Of a stretch of 13,975 bases of DNA, positions 1-7,494 are shown piece by piece (positions within the stretch are counted from its first letter, which is position 1; each line of letters begins with the position of its first letter). Both the position numbers and the translations under genes were made by a program. The notes beneath the pieces are model-generated. The model did not search any database. It was not told the origin of the DNA and saw only the letters and a list, made by a program, of their open reading frames with translations. The stretch is from Candidatus Hadarchaeota archaeon (lineage in GTDB: Archaea > CAYQAE01 > CAYVLA01): assembly GCA_964452145.1 (NCBI GenBank), contig CAYVLA010000084.1, positions 1 to 13,975 on the forward strand. Direction: 5' to 3'.

Positions 1-48
1 GAAACGGGGCAGAATCAAGCCCTACACGGATAGCCTGGTCCAAGTACC

Positions 49-144
49 TCAATGATCGAGCGGATCCACCCACACAAAGTTGAAGAGAACCAAAAAAGTC
101 TTGGTTAACCCTCTGGTCTCAATCATAGGATTGCCCACGGCCAA
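49..144 (-). pseudogene. Probable remnant of an ABC transporter ATP-binding gene (31 codons: (L/M)AVGNPMIETRGLTKTF-LVLFNFVWVDPLDH*)
   Basis: MIETRGLTKTF (ATG at 126) is a typical first strand of an ABC ATPase, and GGGGGAG lies just upstream of TTG 144. Similarity is lost at a T6 run (plus-strand A run 92-97) and no Walker A follows. Confidence 0.4.
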
Positions 145-184
145 CCAGCTCCCCCGGAAGCCTCCGAGACCTCCCCCGCTCCCT

Positions 185-212
185 CTCTTTCCTCTGCTCT
201 TTGCCCTTTGGG
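185..212. repeat. Degenerate heptamer tandem repeat (ctctttc ctctgct ctttgcc ctttggg)
   Basis: 7-bp periodicity resembling the CTYTGGC array at 9364-9405. Lies just downstream of the stop at 222. Confidence 0.4.
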
Positions 213-221
213 TTCTTCGAT

Positions 222-803
222 CTAGGGCTTTGTTCGATCTGTTCGGTCCAGTCTATCGAGCATCTCTATTTCCTTGGCGTAGCCCTTCTTCATGAGTTCA
301 AAGATTTCCTCGTCCATGCCTTCATCGTTCTTCTTGTCAGACAGTTCCTCAAGTTTCTTGAGCAGTTCCATTCTCTTGTTGGATGTGTAGTTCTGATCCG
401 ACTCTTTGAGCCAAAGTTCCATTGCCTGGTTTACGGCCTCGCCGATGGTCAGTCCTTTCAGTGTGGCCAGGGCTTTGACTCTCTGGAAGAGGGATGAATC
501 CAGGTTCTTGATGGTGGTGTCTTTCTTCTCGGCAGGCTCCTGCTCCAAGGGTACTTCGCCCTCGTACCCTATGACCTCTCCTGTGTTCTTCGCGCGTTTC
601 AGGGCGAGTTTGTAGATGGGCCAGGGCACGAAGATCTTGGCCACGTTCTTGATCTGAGCCACCTTGCGTTGGGCCAGTTCGAGGTCCACATCGCTATCTA
701 TGTAGAGTCGGTCACAATCTCCTAGGTCGACCTTGCCGTCGACGGATTCTAGCATTTCACGGTCTATGAGGGATACCGGTTTGCCAGATCCAAGAGTAGG
801 CAT
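222..803 (-). CDS. Ribbon-helix-helix (CopG/Arc-like) domain protein with an uncharacterised N-terminal domain and a charged helical C-terminus
   Basis: 193-aa ORF. The internal segment TTIKNLDSSLFQRVKALATLKGLTIGEAVNQAMELWL fits the RHH strand-helix-G-helix pattern. A TATA box sits at the expected distance upstream. Confidence 0.75.
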   Translation of the reverse strand: MPTLGSGKPVSLIDREMLESVDGKVDLGDCDRLYIDSDVDLELAQRKVAQIKNVAKIFVPWPIYKLALKRAKNTGEVIGYEGEVPLEQEPAEKKDTTIKNLDSSLFQRVKALATLKGLTIGEAVNQAMELWLKESDQNYTSNKRMELLKKLEELSDKKNDEGMDEEIFELMKKGYAKEIEMLDRLDRTDRTKP

Positions 804-825
804 GGTGGGTCATGTGTTACCCGGG

Positions 826-840
826 TTATATAAGTGTTTC
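826..840 (-). promoter_or_regulatory. Archaeal TATA box (TTATATAA, 826-833) with an upstream purine-rich BRE-like element; probably a leaderless transcript
   Basis: Minus strand reads gaaacacTTATATAAcccggg...ATG. The TATA centre is about 26 nt from ATG 803 and no Shine-Dalgarno site is present. Confidence 0.7.
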
Positions 841-977
841 GCAACCGCGCCAACTTAGCCAGCGGCCAGCCAGACTGAGCGTATCGTCAGCCTTCCGGAA
901 TCCCGCCCACCCGATTGCACGAGTCATGAGCTTTGTGGCGTTAGACCAGCATAAGAACATGAGGCTCTCGTGTCTCG

Positions 978-1676
978 TCAGACTGGTAGGACAGGCTCTG
1001 GTTTGCTCGTCCTCCTCCGATCCTGGCTGGGCCGCAGCACTAGAGAGGCTCCGCCCAGTCTGAGATAGACGAGCCCGGCCACAAGCATTCCCAGCCCCGC
1101 TGCGCCGAAGGCAGCCACCCCAGGCAACTCACCAGGCGAGATAGAACTCCATCCCCATGGATCAACTACCATAGCCATTATCACCGATCCTAGGGCCATC
1201 ATGAAGGAGACGATGAATCCGCCAGCCGCATACAGGAGGACTCCCCTTCTGCTCCATCCTCTCCTGCCAACCCTTATATGATTGGCTAGAACGAAGCTCG
1301 CGTAGGCAACAGATAGCACGGCGAAAAGAGTCAAGATGGTCCCTCTCCCGGCATAGGCGATCAGGAGAACCAGAAGCAGACCCACCGCCAGTATCACCTG
1401 GCTCTCCCTTGAAACCGCAGTGAGGTTACGGCGCCCGAGAAGTCCGGTCAGCCCTCCCACAAAGAGGAAACCGAGAATGATGAAGTAGAACACGAGGATT
1501 GTGACAAGCCAACCCGGCTCCGGGAAGATTGGGATGGGGTTCAAGATACCATCGCCCACACTCGTCATGTAGCTGGGGGGCTGGAACATTCCGTTCTTGC
1601 AGGCTTCCAGGAAAGCCACAGCGCGGCCAGTTGCGATTGCTTCATCCACTCCCCGGACCTTCACCAAGACAACCAA
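978..1676 (-). CDS. Multi-pass membrane protein (about 5 TM), function unknown; start uncertain
   Basis: Several long hydrophobic stretches (WLVTILVFYFIILGFLFVGG, VILAVGLLLVLLIAYAG, GFIVSFMMALGSVIMAMVV) separated by basic loops. An out-of-frame ATG with a GGGGAG site (1645, MKQSQLAALWL) is an alternative 5' end. Confidence 0.7.
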   Translation of the reverse strand: MVVLVKVRGVDEAIATGRAVAFLEACKNGMFQPPSYMTSVGDGILNPIPIFPEPGWLVTILVFYFIILGFLFVGGLTGLLGRRNLTAVSRESQVILAVGLLLVLLIAYAGRGTILTLFAVLSVAYASFVLANHIRVGRRGWSRRGVLLYAAGGFIVSFMMALGSVIMAMVVDPWGWSSISPGELPGVAAFGAAGLGMLVAGLVYLRLGGASLVLRPSQDRRRTSKPEPVLPV

Positions 1677-1915
1677 GGAAAATGTTTCCTCCCATACTAG
1701 ATGTTGGATCGCTCAGGATCCTGCCACCTGCAACTGTGCGAAGCCCAAGGCCGAGTCTCCCTGTCCTACGTCCGGTCCATCTCCTTGCCTTATTTCTTCT
1801 TAAGGATGTCTGGGGCTATCGCCATCATAGGGCGCAGGAGGAGGCAGGAATCCGGCCGTCTGGGGGAGAAGATTTTTCCCCAAGGGACGAGCATTGACGG
1901 CTGGGGTGGACGCGG

Positions 1916-2272
1916 ATGAAGCCATCGCTTCCCTTGCGGGCTCCGTTGAGCCGTGTAGGTGAGCTGCTGCCTCTCATATTGGGTGTCGTGAATCTTTCCG
2001 CAGGCCTAGTTCTGCTGCTTTTGGGGACAAAGTATCTGCTCTCAATGTTTGGGTTGATCCAGATACCTGGTCCAGTTTGGATTGGATGGTTCGTTGACGA
2101 CCTATTGGGCATGGGTATGTCCTCCAGATCCAGCCAAGCAGTGGTCTGGGCAATGACGGTTGTGGGAGCCAGCCTGGTGGTAGTGAGCATCGACTACCTT
2201 CGTGTCAGATACTTCAGGCGTGCAGAAACCAGGGAAATCCTGAAGGCCACCGAGACTCAGCCACAGACGTAA
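1916..2272 (+). CDS. Small membrane protein (2-3 TM), function unknown
   Basis: 118 aa with hydrophobic segments and a basic C-terminal tail. GGGGTGG precedes the ATG, and the next start follows 16 nt after the stop. Confidence 0.7.
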   Translation: MKPSLPLRAPLSRVGELLPLILGVVNLSAGLVLLLLGTKYLLSMFGLIQIPGPVWIGWFVDDLLGMGMSSRSSQAVVWAMTVVGASLVVVSIDYLRVRYFRRAETREILKATETQPQT

Positions 2273-2288
2273 CGCGGGGTGAGGGGCT

Positions 2289-2878
2289 TTGAAGATCGAT
2301 CTGGTGAGCTGGGTAGGTATCGCGGCCTTTCTGGTGATCCTGCTCTCACTCTTTGGACCTGGGAACAGGAACCGGTGTTCTCGCCTTCGTGGCGGCGCAC
2401 AAGGGAGCAGGACAAGTGGTCGGAACGGATATCTTGGAGAGCGCCGTACAAAACGCACGCCTCAACGTTCAGCGTCTTAGGCTGGAAACAGTCATCGAGA
2501 TTAGGGATCCAGGTGACCTGTTCGAACCAGTTCGCGGCGAGAGATTCGATGTCGTGATCTTCAACCCTCCTTGGATCGTCGGGGAAGCCAAGACTGTCTA
2601 CGACAAGGCCCGGTACGATTCGGGCCAGGAGATCCTGGCAAGGTTCATGAAGGAGGCCCCCTCTCATCTAGTCCCAGACGGGAGAATCTACCTTATCTAC
2701 TCAAACGCCTCACGACCTACCGATGAGGATTTCACTTCATATCTGTCCAAGCTCGCCACCGACAACGGACTTCTGGTGACCAATGACTGGTACATACATA
2801 AGCCGAAGAAGCAGAATCCTAGGGTCACGAGAGGAAGTCCATCTGTTCGAGATGCGAACCGTTCGCGGCAAAGCCTAA
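2289..2878 (+). pseudogene. HemK/PrmC-like (NPPW) class I SAM-dependent methyltransferase with an N-terminal membrane anchor; frameshifted twice
   Basis: GGGGTGAGGGG site and TTG 2289 give MKIDLVSWVGIAAFLVILLSL. An out-of-frame junction at 2352 leads directly into LDLGTGTG (motif I) ... GTDI ... GDLFEPV ... FDVVIFNPPW. After about 2830 the natural-looking last strand EEVHLFEMRTVRGKA* is in the +1 frame (TAA 2876-2878). The ORF-track tail to 3207 overlaps the convergent gene. Confidence 0.75.
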
Positions 2879-3059
2879 CCCCGGTAGGGCTTCACATCCG
2901 GAGGTCAGCGGCTTGGCAGAATGCTCTAGGCCGGAAGTGGGGAGAGAATGCTCCAGCCCTTCTTTCCCTTCAAACCGCCAAGTTGGCGAAGACACCCAGG
3001 CTGGAAACGATAACGAGAGGAAAGCTGCATACATACACCGATCCGCGGTCCCCGCTCTG

Positions 3060-3719
3060 TCATCCGCAACCGTCCCCGCGCTTTCCCTCCCGGGCTTTTC
3101 TGCGTACCGCTTCGAACCAATTGTTGAGAGCCGCCGAGAACGATCTTGCGGCTATCTCTATCTCATGGCTCCTTGATTCTGCACGAGCCAGCCAGGGATC
3201 CAGATAACGGCGAAACTCCTCCCTCGACACGACACTGGGAAGGGCGAGTTCGACATCGGGAACAAAGACTTGCTCGGGGACAACAGCCAGCCCCATACTA
3301 CCGAAACCATCCCAAGCGCGGTTCACTGGAAACCCCAGGAGGCCGAGAGGGGGGTCCCAGGTCGCATCAACCACGACCCAATGATCCCCAGTGCGCATCA
3401 CAAGAGCCAGATGATAGTCATAGTAACCCCACGGCTCAAGACGACCCAGCATATGCTCGGGGATGGGCTGTTTTCTCCAATCATACCTTGCACTCAGACA
3501 CTTGACATCTAGACCCATCTCTTCGAAACGTCGAGCAAGAAATGTATGTTTGGCATGGCAGCTTCCCTTGTTCAGTCGGAACATGGAATCTGGGTCGCTC
3601 TGATTCAGCCAGTAACGTACATTCCTCACCCTCTCAAACACTCTCACTCGGTCGGACGCAGTGGAGGACACGGAACAACATCCCAAGAGCGGGCTAATAG
3701 ACCTTTTGATTACCTGCAT
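3060..3719 (-). CDS. Transglutaminase-like (Cys-His-Asp) superfamily protein; real start may be GTG 3671
   Basis: Catalytic triad pattern KGSCHAKH ... YHLAL ... WVVVDATWD, followed by GFPVN..WDG. A BRE/TATA-like aaaaggTCTATTA (3695-3707) is centred about 27 nt upstream of the in-frame GTG 3671. Confidence 0.85.
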   Translation of the reverse strand: MQVIKRSISPLLGCCSVSSTASDRVRVFERVRNVRYWLNQSDPDSMFRLNKGSCHAKHTFLARRFEEMGLDVKCLSARYDWRKQPIPEHMLGRLEPWGYYDYHLALVMRTGDHWVVVDATWDPPLGLLGFPVNRAWDGFGSMGLAVVPEQVFVPDVELALPSVVSREEFRRYLDPWLARAESRSHEIEIAARSFSAALNNWFEAVRRKAREGKRGDGCG

Positions 3720-3827
3720 ATGCCAGAAGACCGGTCTCTATCTCCGGTTGCAGCACGCTTAGTTCTAGTTATGAGAATTCTTTGGGCCTGGAGGAAGGAT
3801 TCTTGGGGTTCAAAGTTGATCGACCCG

Positions 3828-3859
3828 AACCCGGCAGATTCGACTACGCCCGCCGGGTT
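3828..3859. terminator. GC-rich inverted repeat (aacccggc-N16-gccgggtt), possible terminator or mRNA 3' structure
   Basis: Perfect 8-bp stem 34-65 nt downstream of the stop at 3893. No U-tract follows it. Confidence 0.3.
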
Positions 3860-3892
3860 GTGCTACGGCAGCAAAGAAGTGGCAACGAGAGG

Positions 3893-4570
3893 CTACGGCG
3901 TGCGCCTTCTCTTGATGATATATATGCTTAGGCATACTCCTATCAGCACAAAGGTCACAACCCAGAGAAGGGTTGTTCTACCTAGGTCGCCTGATCTGGG
4001 TTCTAGCACTATCGCCAGCCTATCCCAGAGGAGTTCCTCGACTCCCCCTCCGTCAACCCGCCCTGTGGCAGTGAAAATGATGAAGTACCGTCCAACCCTG
4101 TTAATCCTTGCCGAGAGATTGAGTGTGAGGTTCTCCCCAGGATCCATTGTTCCTATCCCGACTTCTCCCGGTTCCAGTACCCATCCTCGCGGGATGGGTC
4201 CGAAGACCTCGGGGTTAGGAAGCTTCCTTGGTGGGAAGCGCTCATACTTGAGCAGCCCCACCTTAACCAGCACATCCTCATACTGGTGGCGTGGATAACT
4301 GGACGCTGTTATGGTAAGCTCTTTTGAGAAAGGCTCACCCATCGTACCCTTAATCTCGATGTTGGTGCTGAATCCAGGGGGCCAAAGGGGATCCTTCACA
4401 TCCAGCGGATAGTACTTGGGACGCCAGGTATCCCCATCCTCCTCTTCTTCCTCTTCCTCCGCATTCTGTCCGAGGCTGACTTGCATCGAGAATGCCAAGA
4501 TGATTGATAACAAGAGTCCGGTTCCGAGCCAAAATAACCATTCTGCCCGGTGTGCCCAGTGCAGTCTCAC
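3893..4570 (-). CDS. Exported, C-terminally anchored surface protein with a probable Ig-like beta-sandwich domain
   Basis: N-terminal signal/TM segment, then an acidic run AEEEEEEEDGD and a beta-rich region (IGTMDPGENLTLNLSARINRVGRYFIIFTATG). Ends with a TM helix and KRRR. Starts 19 nt after the permease stop. Confidence 0.8.
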   Translation of the reverse strand: MRLHWAHRAEWLFWLGTGLLLSIILAFSMQVSLGQNAEEEEEEEDGDTWRPKYYPLDVKDPLWPPGFSTNIEIKGTMGEPFSKELTITASSYPRHQYEDVLVKVGLLKYERFPPRKLPNPEVFGPIPRGWVLEPGEVGIGTMDPGENLTLNLSARINRVGRYFIIFTATGRVDGGGVEELLWDRLAIVLEPRSGDLGRTTLLWVVTFVLIGVCLSIYIIKRRRTP

Positions 4571-4589
4571 CCGATCTCACCCCGCCTAT

Positions 4590-5411
4590 CTACTCTATGC
4601 TTCTCCGATACCGCCTTGTGAGGATCATCATCATTGCACACACCACCAATACGCAGAATGACCCAAGCCAGACCATTTCCAGGCCTGCGTTGATAGCTAT
4701 CTGGCCATAGCTTATCCTCTCGAAGACCCAGATCCAGATCTTGCTTGCGTGAAGGAAGGGGAAGAACCAGCTAGCCACAGCCAGTGGATGGCTTGACTCC
4801 ATGCCGATCATGTAGAGAGGCTGTATGATGACTAGGTGTATGAAGATCAGCGAAAAGACAAGCAGTAAGGCGACTCTGGAGTCCCGGAGAAGGACTGAGA
4901 CGAGAAGAGTGAGCAGGACGATGGATAAGACACACAGGAAGAGGGCGATGCTAGCAATCAGAACATCGCCCAGCGGGAGAAGGCCCAGTGTTCCCCTCAT
5001 CAATCCCAGGTTGAGGAGGATGAGGCACCAGGTCAGTGCCCAGGCCAGGATGGGGAAGGAGATCTTGGCCCACAGATACTCCCTCACAGAGATCGGGGCA
5101 AGGAACAAGGTCTGTAACGTGCCTTGCCTCTCCTCTTCCGTGAGTGCGACGGACCCATACACCGAGAAGACCATGGAAGCGGCCAGAGAGACCAGGTAGA
5201 AGAACTCTTGGAAGAGACGCTCTGTTATGGCAAGGCTGCCTGGCCCCGGATCCAGAAGGAAGCACTGAAGGAGTTGGAAGATGAGAAGACAACATACCAG
5301 GTGGTAGTTGAAGAACTCCTTGCGAAGATCCTCAAGGAAGATGATTGCAGATCTCGTTCCCATCCCCATCCCTATCCTTATACCTATGCTTGCTGTCATT
5401 CTGCTTCCCAT
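4590..5411 (-). CDS. ABC-2 type exporter permease
   Basis: About 6 TM with the motif ALTEEERQGTLQTLFLAPISVREYLWAKI and WFFPFLH. Overlaps the ATPase stop. Confidence 0.9.
   Translation of the reverse strand: MGSRMTASIGIRIGMGMGTRSAIIFLEDLRKEFFNYHLVCCLLIFQLLQCFLLDPGPGSLAITERLFQEFFYLVSLAASMVFSVYGSVALTEEERQGTLQTLFLAPISVREYLWAKISFPILAWALTWCLILLNLGLMRGTLGLLPLGDVLIASIALFLCVLSIVLLTLLVSVLLRDSRVALLLVFSLIFIHLVIIQPLYMIGMESSHPLAVASWFFPFLHASKIWIWVFERISYGQIAINAGLEMVWLGSFCVLVVCAMMMILTRRYRRSIE
5362..5391. repeat. Degenerate in-frame hexamer repeat (atcccc atccct atcctt atacct atgctt) encoding SIGIRIGMGM
   Basis: Five units with 6-bp periodicity in the permease N-terminus. Confidence 0.5.
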
Positions 5412-6394
5412 GATCTGCCTAAGGCTTGGAGGAAGATCTCGTCAAGGCTCGGGGCTATGAGGGATACGGAGATAACCGATGGCGGGCTCTTCCTTCGGAT
5501 GGTTCTCCTGGCTTCTTCGGTGTCCAGGTCCTTTGTCAGGACAAGCAAGGTTTCCGGGCTCTCCACGGTGACGTCGAGGACGAAATCCATCGACGTGAAG
5601 GCATCGACAAGATCCTGATCGACGCTGGTCGCCGTGATGCGGAATCTCCTTGATGGGAACCTGTCCCTGAGATCTTTCAAGGGTCCCTGGACGACCATTC
5701 TGCCTCGGTGTATGATGCCCACCGAGGTGCAGAGTTTCTCTGCGTCTGGGAGTATGTGGGTTGAGAAAAGGATGGTTCGACCTTCTTGGTTAAGCGCTCT
5801 GAGCGTGTTCTTGAGCCTGCTGGAGACCAACGGATCTAGCCCTGTGAGAGGCTCGTCCAAGATGAGTAGTTCGGGATCGTTGATCAGGGCTCTGGCGAAG
5901 ATGAGCCTCTTCTTCATGCCATGGGAGTACTTCCACGTCTCTACCCCGCCTGCCTTTGTCAGTCCAGTCATCCTGAGGCAGTAGTCCACCCTTTGTTGCT
6001 TTTTCATCTTCGGCTCGTCCGGGAAGAAGAGTCTTGCGAAGTAGGACAGGTACTGGCCCCCAGTCATGTGGGGATAGGGATTGGCGTCTTCCAGCACGAC
6101 ACCCATCCGGCCGGATATTCTCTTTCTGCCGGTTTGGGGATTGGCTCCCAGAACGGTCGCCGTGCCGCTGTCCGGTGTCATGAGCCCGGTCAGTACTCTG
6201 ATCAGTGTTGTCTTTCCAGCCCCGTTAGGACCCAGGAGAGCATAGATCTGTCCCTTCTCGACACATAGGTCGGCGGAGTCCAAAGCCTTCACGGTGCCAT
6301 AGCTCTTGGAGAGGCTGTGGCACTCGACAACTGGCCCTGATCCATCTCCTTGACCATTCTTCTCACGATTCCGACCTTGCTGGAGGTGTCCCAT
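5396..6394 (-). CDS. ABC-2 type exporter ATP-binding protein (multidrug/CcmA-like family) with a C-terminal extension
   Basis: Walker A GPNGAGKT, signature YSHGMKKR, Walker B LILDEP, H-loop STH, C-terminal PSLDEIFL. A GGTGA site lies just before ATG 6394. Confidence 0.95.
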   Translation of the reverse strand: MGHLQQGRNREKNGQGDGSGPVVECHSLSKSYGTVKALDSADLCVEKGQIYALLGPNGAGKTTLIRVLTGLMTPDSGTATVLGANPQTGRKRISGRMGVVLEDANPYPHMTGGQYLSYFARLFFPDEPKMKKQQRVDYCLRMTGLTKAGGVETWKYSHGMKKRLIFARALINDPELLILDEPLTGLDPLVSSRLKNTLRALNQEGRTILFSTHILPDAEKLCTSVGIIHRGRMVVQGPLKDLRDRFPSRRFRITATSVDQDLVDAFTSMDFVLDVTVESPETLLVLTKDLDTEEARRTIRRKSPPSVISVSLIAPSLDEIFLQALGRSWEAE

Positions 6395-6397
6395 CTC

Positions 6398-6535
6398 TCA
6401 CCCTTCTCGTAGTGCTCTATCGTTGTGTGGGCTTTGGGATTGTTGTGGCCAGGATGGAGGGACTGTGAAAGGATCCCGAGGATCCGAGAGGAGTCGCAGA
6501 ATGTCTGGCGTTCGCAGAAGCGTGGTGTCAGCCAT
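6398..6535 (-). pseudogene. Possible remnant of a second ArsR-type wHTH gene
   Basis: ATG 6535 overlaps the upstream stop (ATGGCTGA) and has a GGTG site. It reads MADTTLLRTPDILRLLSDP, and RILGILSQ continues in another frame, together matching ArsR helices 1-2. Confidence 0.4.
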
Positions 6536-7328
6536 GGTAGACACCGCGCTGTGACGAGACCGGGGAGCCTTCCCTGTATCTTGTTTTGAGTCTTCCCACA
6601 TCCAAGAACTGGGCAAGGAGGAGGACAGGATAGGCCAGAACGGGCCAGAATGAGTCCCATGCTGTCAATGTGCAGAAGCTGAAGGCAAAGAGGAAAACAG
6701 TTGCCTTGGCGTATCGTGAAAGGAGGAGGTAGGGCAGGCCCCATCCGAAGCCAGCGATTGTGTACAGGTGCCGCTTAACAAAGATCTTGGATCTCTTGTC
6801 CGCCTCTCTCTGGGAGTAGATGAATAGTGTCACAGTGTTGGCTGTGGCGGAGAGGAAGAAGATCCAGAAGACGGCCATGCCGAGGGGCGAGTCAAGGACG
6901 TCGGGGTCAAGTGTGGGAGTTCGAAGAAACAGTAGAGACGAGTAGAAGCCTGACCAAAGGAAGAAGAGGAATATCATCGCTCCAACCTGCCACCTTCCTT
7001 CTTCCATCTGTGGTAGGCCAGGGATAAGGCGGGCAAGCCTGTCGAAGAGGCTTACGTGTCCTGGCCTCGATGGGATCGCCTTCTCCTGGAAGGAGAGCAT
7101 CAGGTCGTAGAGTCGCTGACCCTGTGTTGTGAGCGAGTAGATACCGCTTCCCCGTGTCACGATGCCCTTCAGCTTGTTGATGTGGAAGATGAGGAGGGAG
7201 CTGTCATTGATCCCGGTGTTGTCCATGAGTTGGGTGAAGGTGAGGTCTTCCTGGCTTAGAGCCTCCACTATCGCGTATCTCTTCGGGTGGGATAGAGCCC
7301 TTAGGTAGTTGAAGAGTCTCTGATCCAT
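6528..7328 (-). CDS. ArsR-like winged-helix regulator fused to a C-terminal multi-pass membrane domain (about 4-5 TM)
   Basis: N-terminus LRALSHPKRYAIVEALSQEDLTFTQLMDNTGINDSSLLIFHINKL...YSLTTQG, followed by hydrophobic helices. GGGGGAG site upstream. Confidence 0.85.
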   Translation of the reverse strand: MDQRLFNYLRALSHPKRYAIVEALSQEDLTFTQLMDNTGINDSSLLIFHINKLKGIVTRGSGIYSLTTQGQRLYDLMLSFQEKAIPSRPGHVSLFDRLARLIPGLPQMEEGRWQVGAMIFLFFLWSGFYSSLLFLRTPTLDPDVLDSPLGMAVFWIFFLSATANTVTLFIYSQREADKRSKIFVKRHLYTIAGFGWGLPYLLLSRYAKATVFLFAFSFCTLTAWDSFWPVLAYPVLLLAQFLDVGRLKTRYREGSPVSSQRGVYHG

Positions 7329-7380
7329 CTTCTCCCCCAGGAGGTGGCAGATCCATCTGAAAAGGCTTTTGCGAGCACCA

Positions 7381-7438
7381 CTTCAGCTGCGATGTGAAGA
7401 TTCCTTCACAAGGAGGACCCGACCCGATACAGCTGAAG
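7381..7438. promoter_or_regulatory. Nested inverted repeats upstream of the wHTH gene: candidate operator TGTGAAG-N4-CTTCACA (7393-7410) inside CTTCAGCTG...CAGCTGAAG
   Basis: Perfect 7-bp and 9-bp arms read directly from the sequence, 53-110 nt upstream of ATG 7328. Confidence 0.5.
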
Positions 7439-7494
7439 AGGATCGATGAGTCGTTATCCCCAACTAAGGTTCGACCGAGGAGCAGATGGTGTCG

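Noticed and set aside
2551..2575. NPPW as a DNA N6-adenine methyltransferase of a restriction-modification system
   Set aside because: The protein is short, has the HemK-like GDLFEP...FDVVIFNPP context, shows no target recognition domain and has no adjacent nuclease.
2879..3207. C-terminal tail of the 284-aa methyltransferase ORF
   Set aside because: Not domain-like and overlaps the convergent transglutaminase-like gene. Best explained as read-through after a frameshift near 2830.
3546..4298. 250-aa plus-strand ORF, and similar plus-strand ORFs at 4825, 5124, 8104, 9323, 10319 and 12539
   Set aside because: Antisense to well-supported genes, with no motifs.
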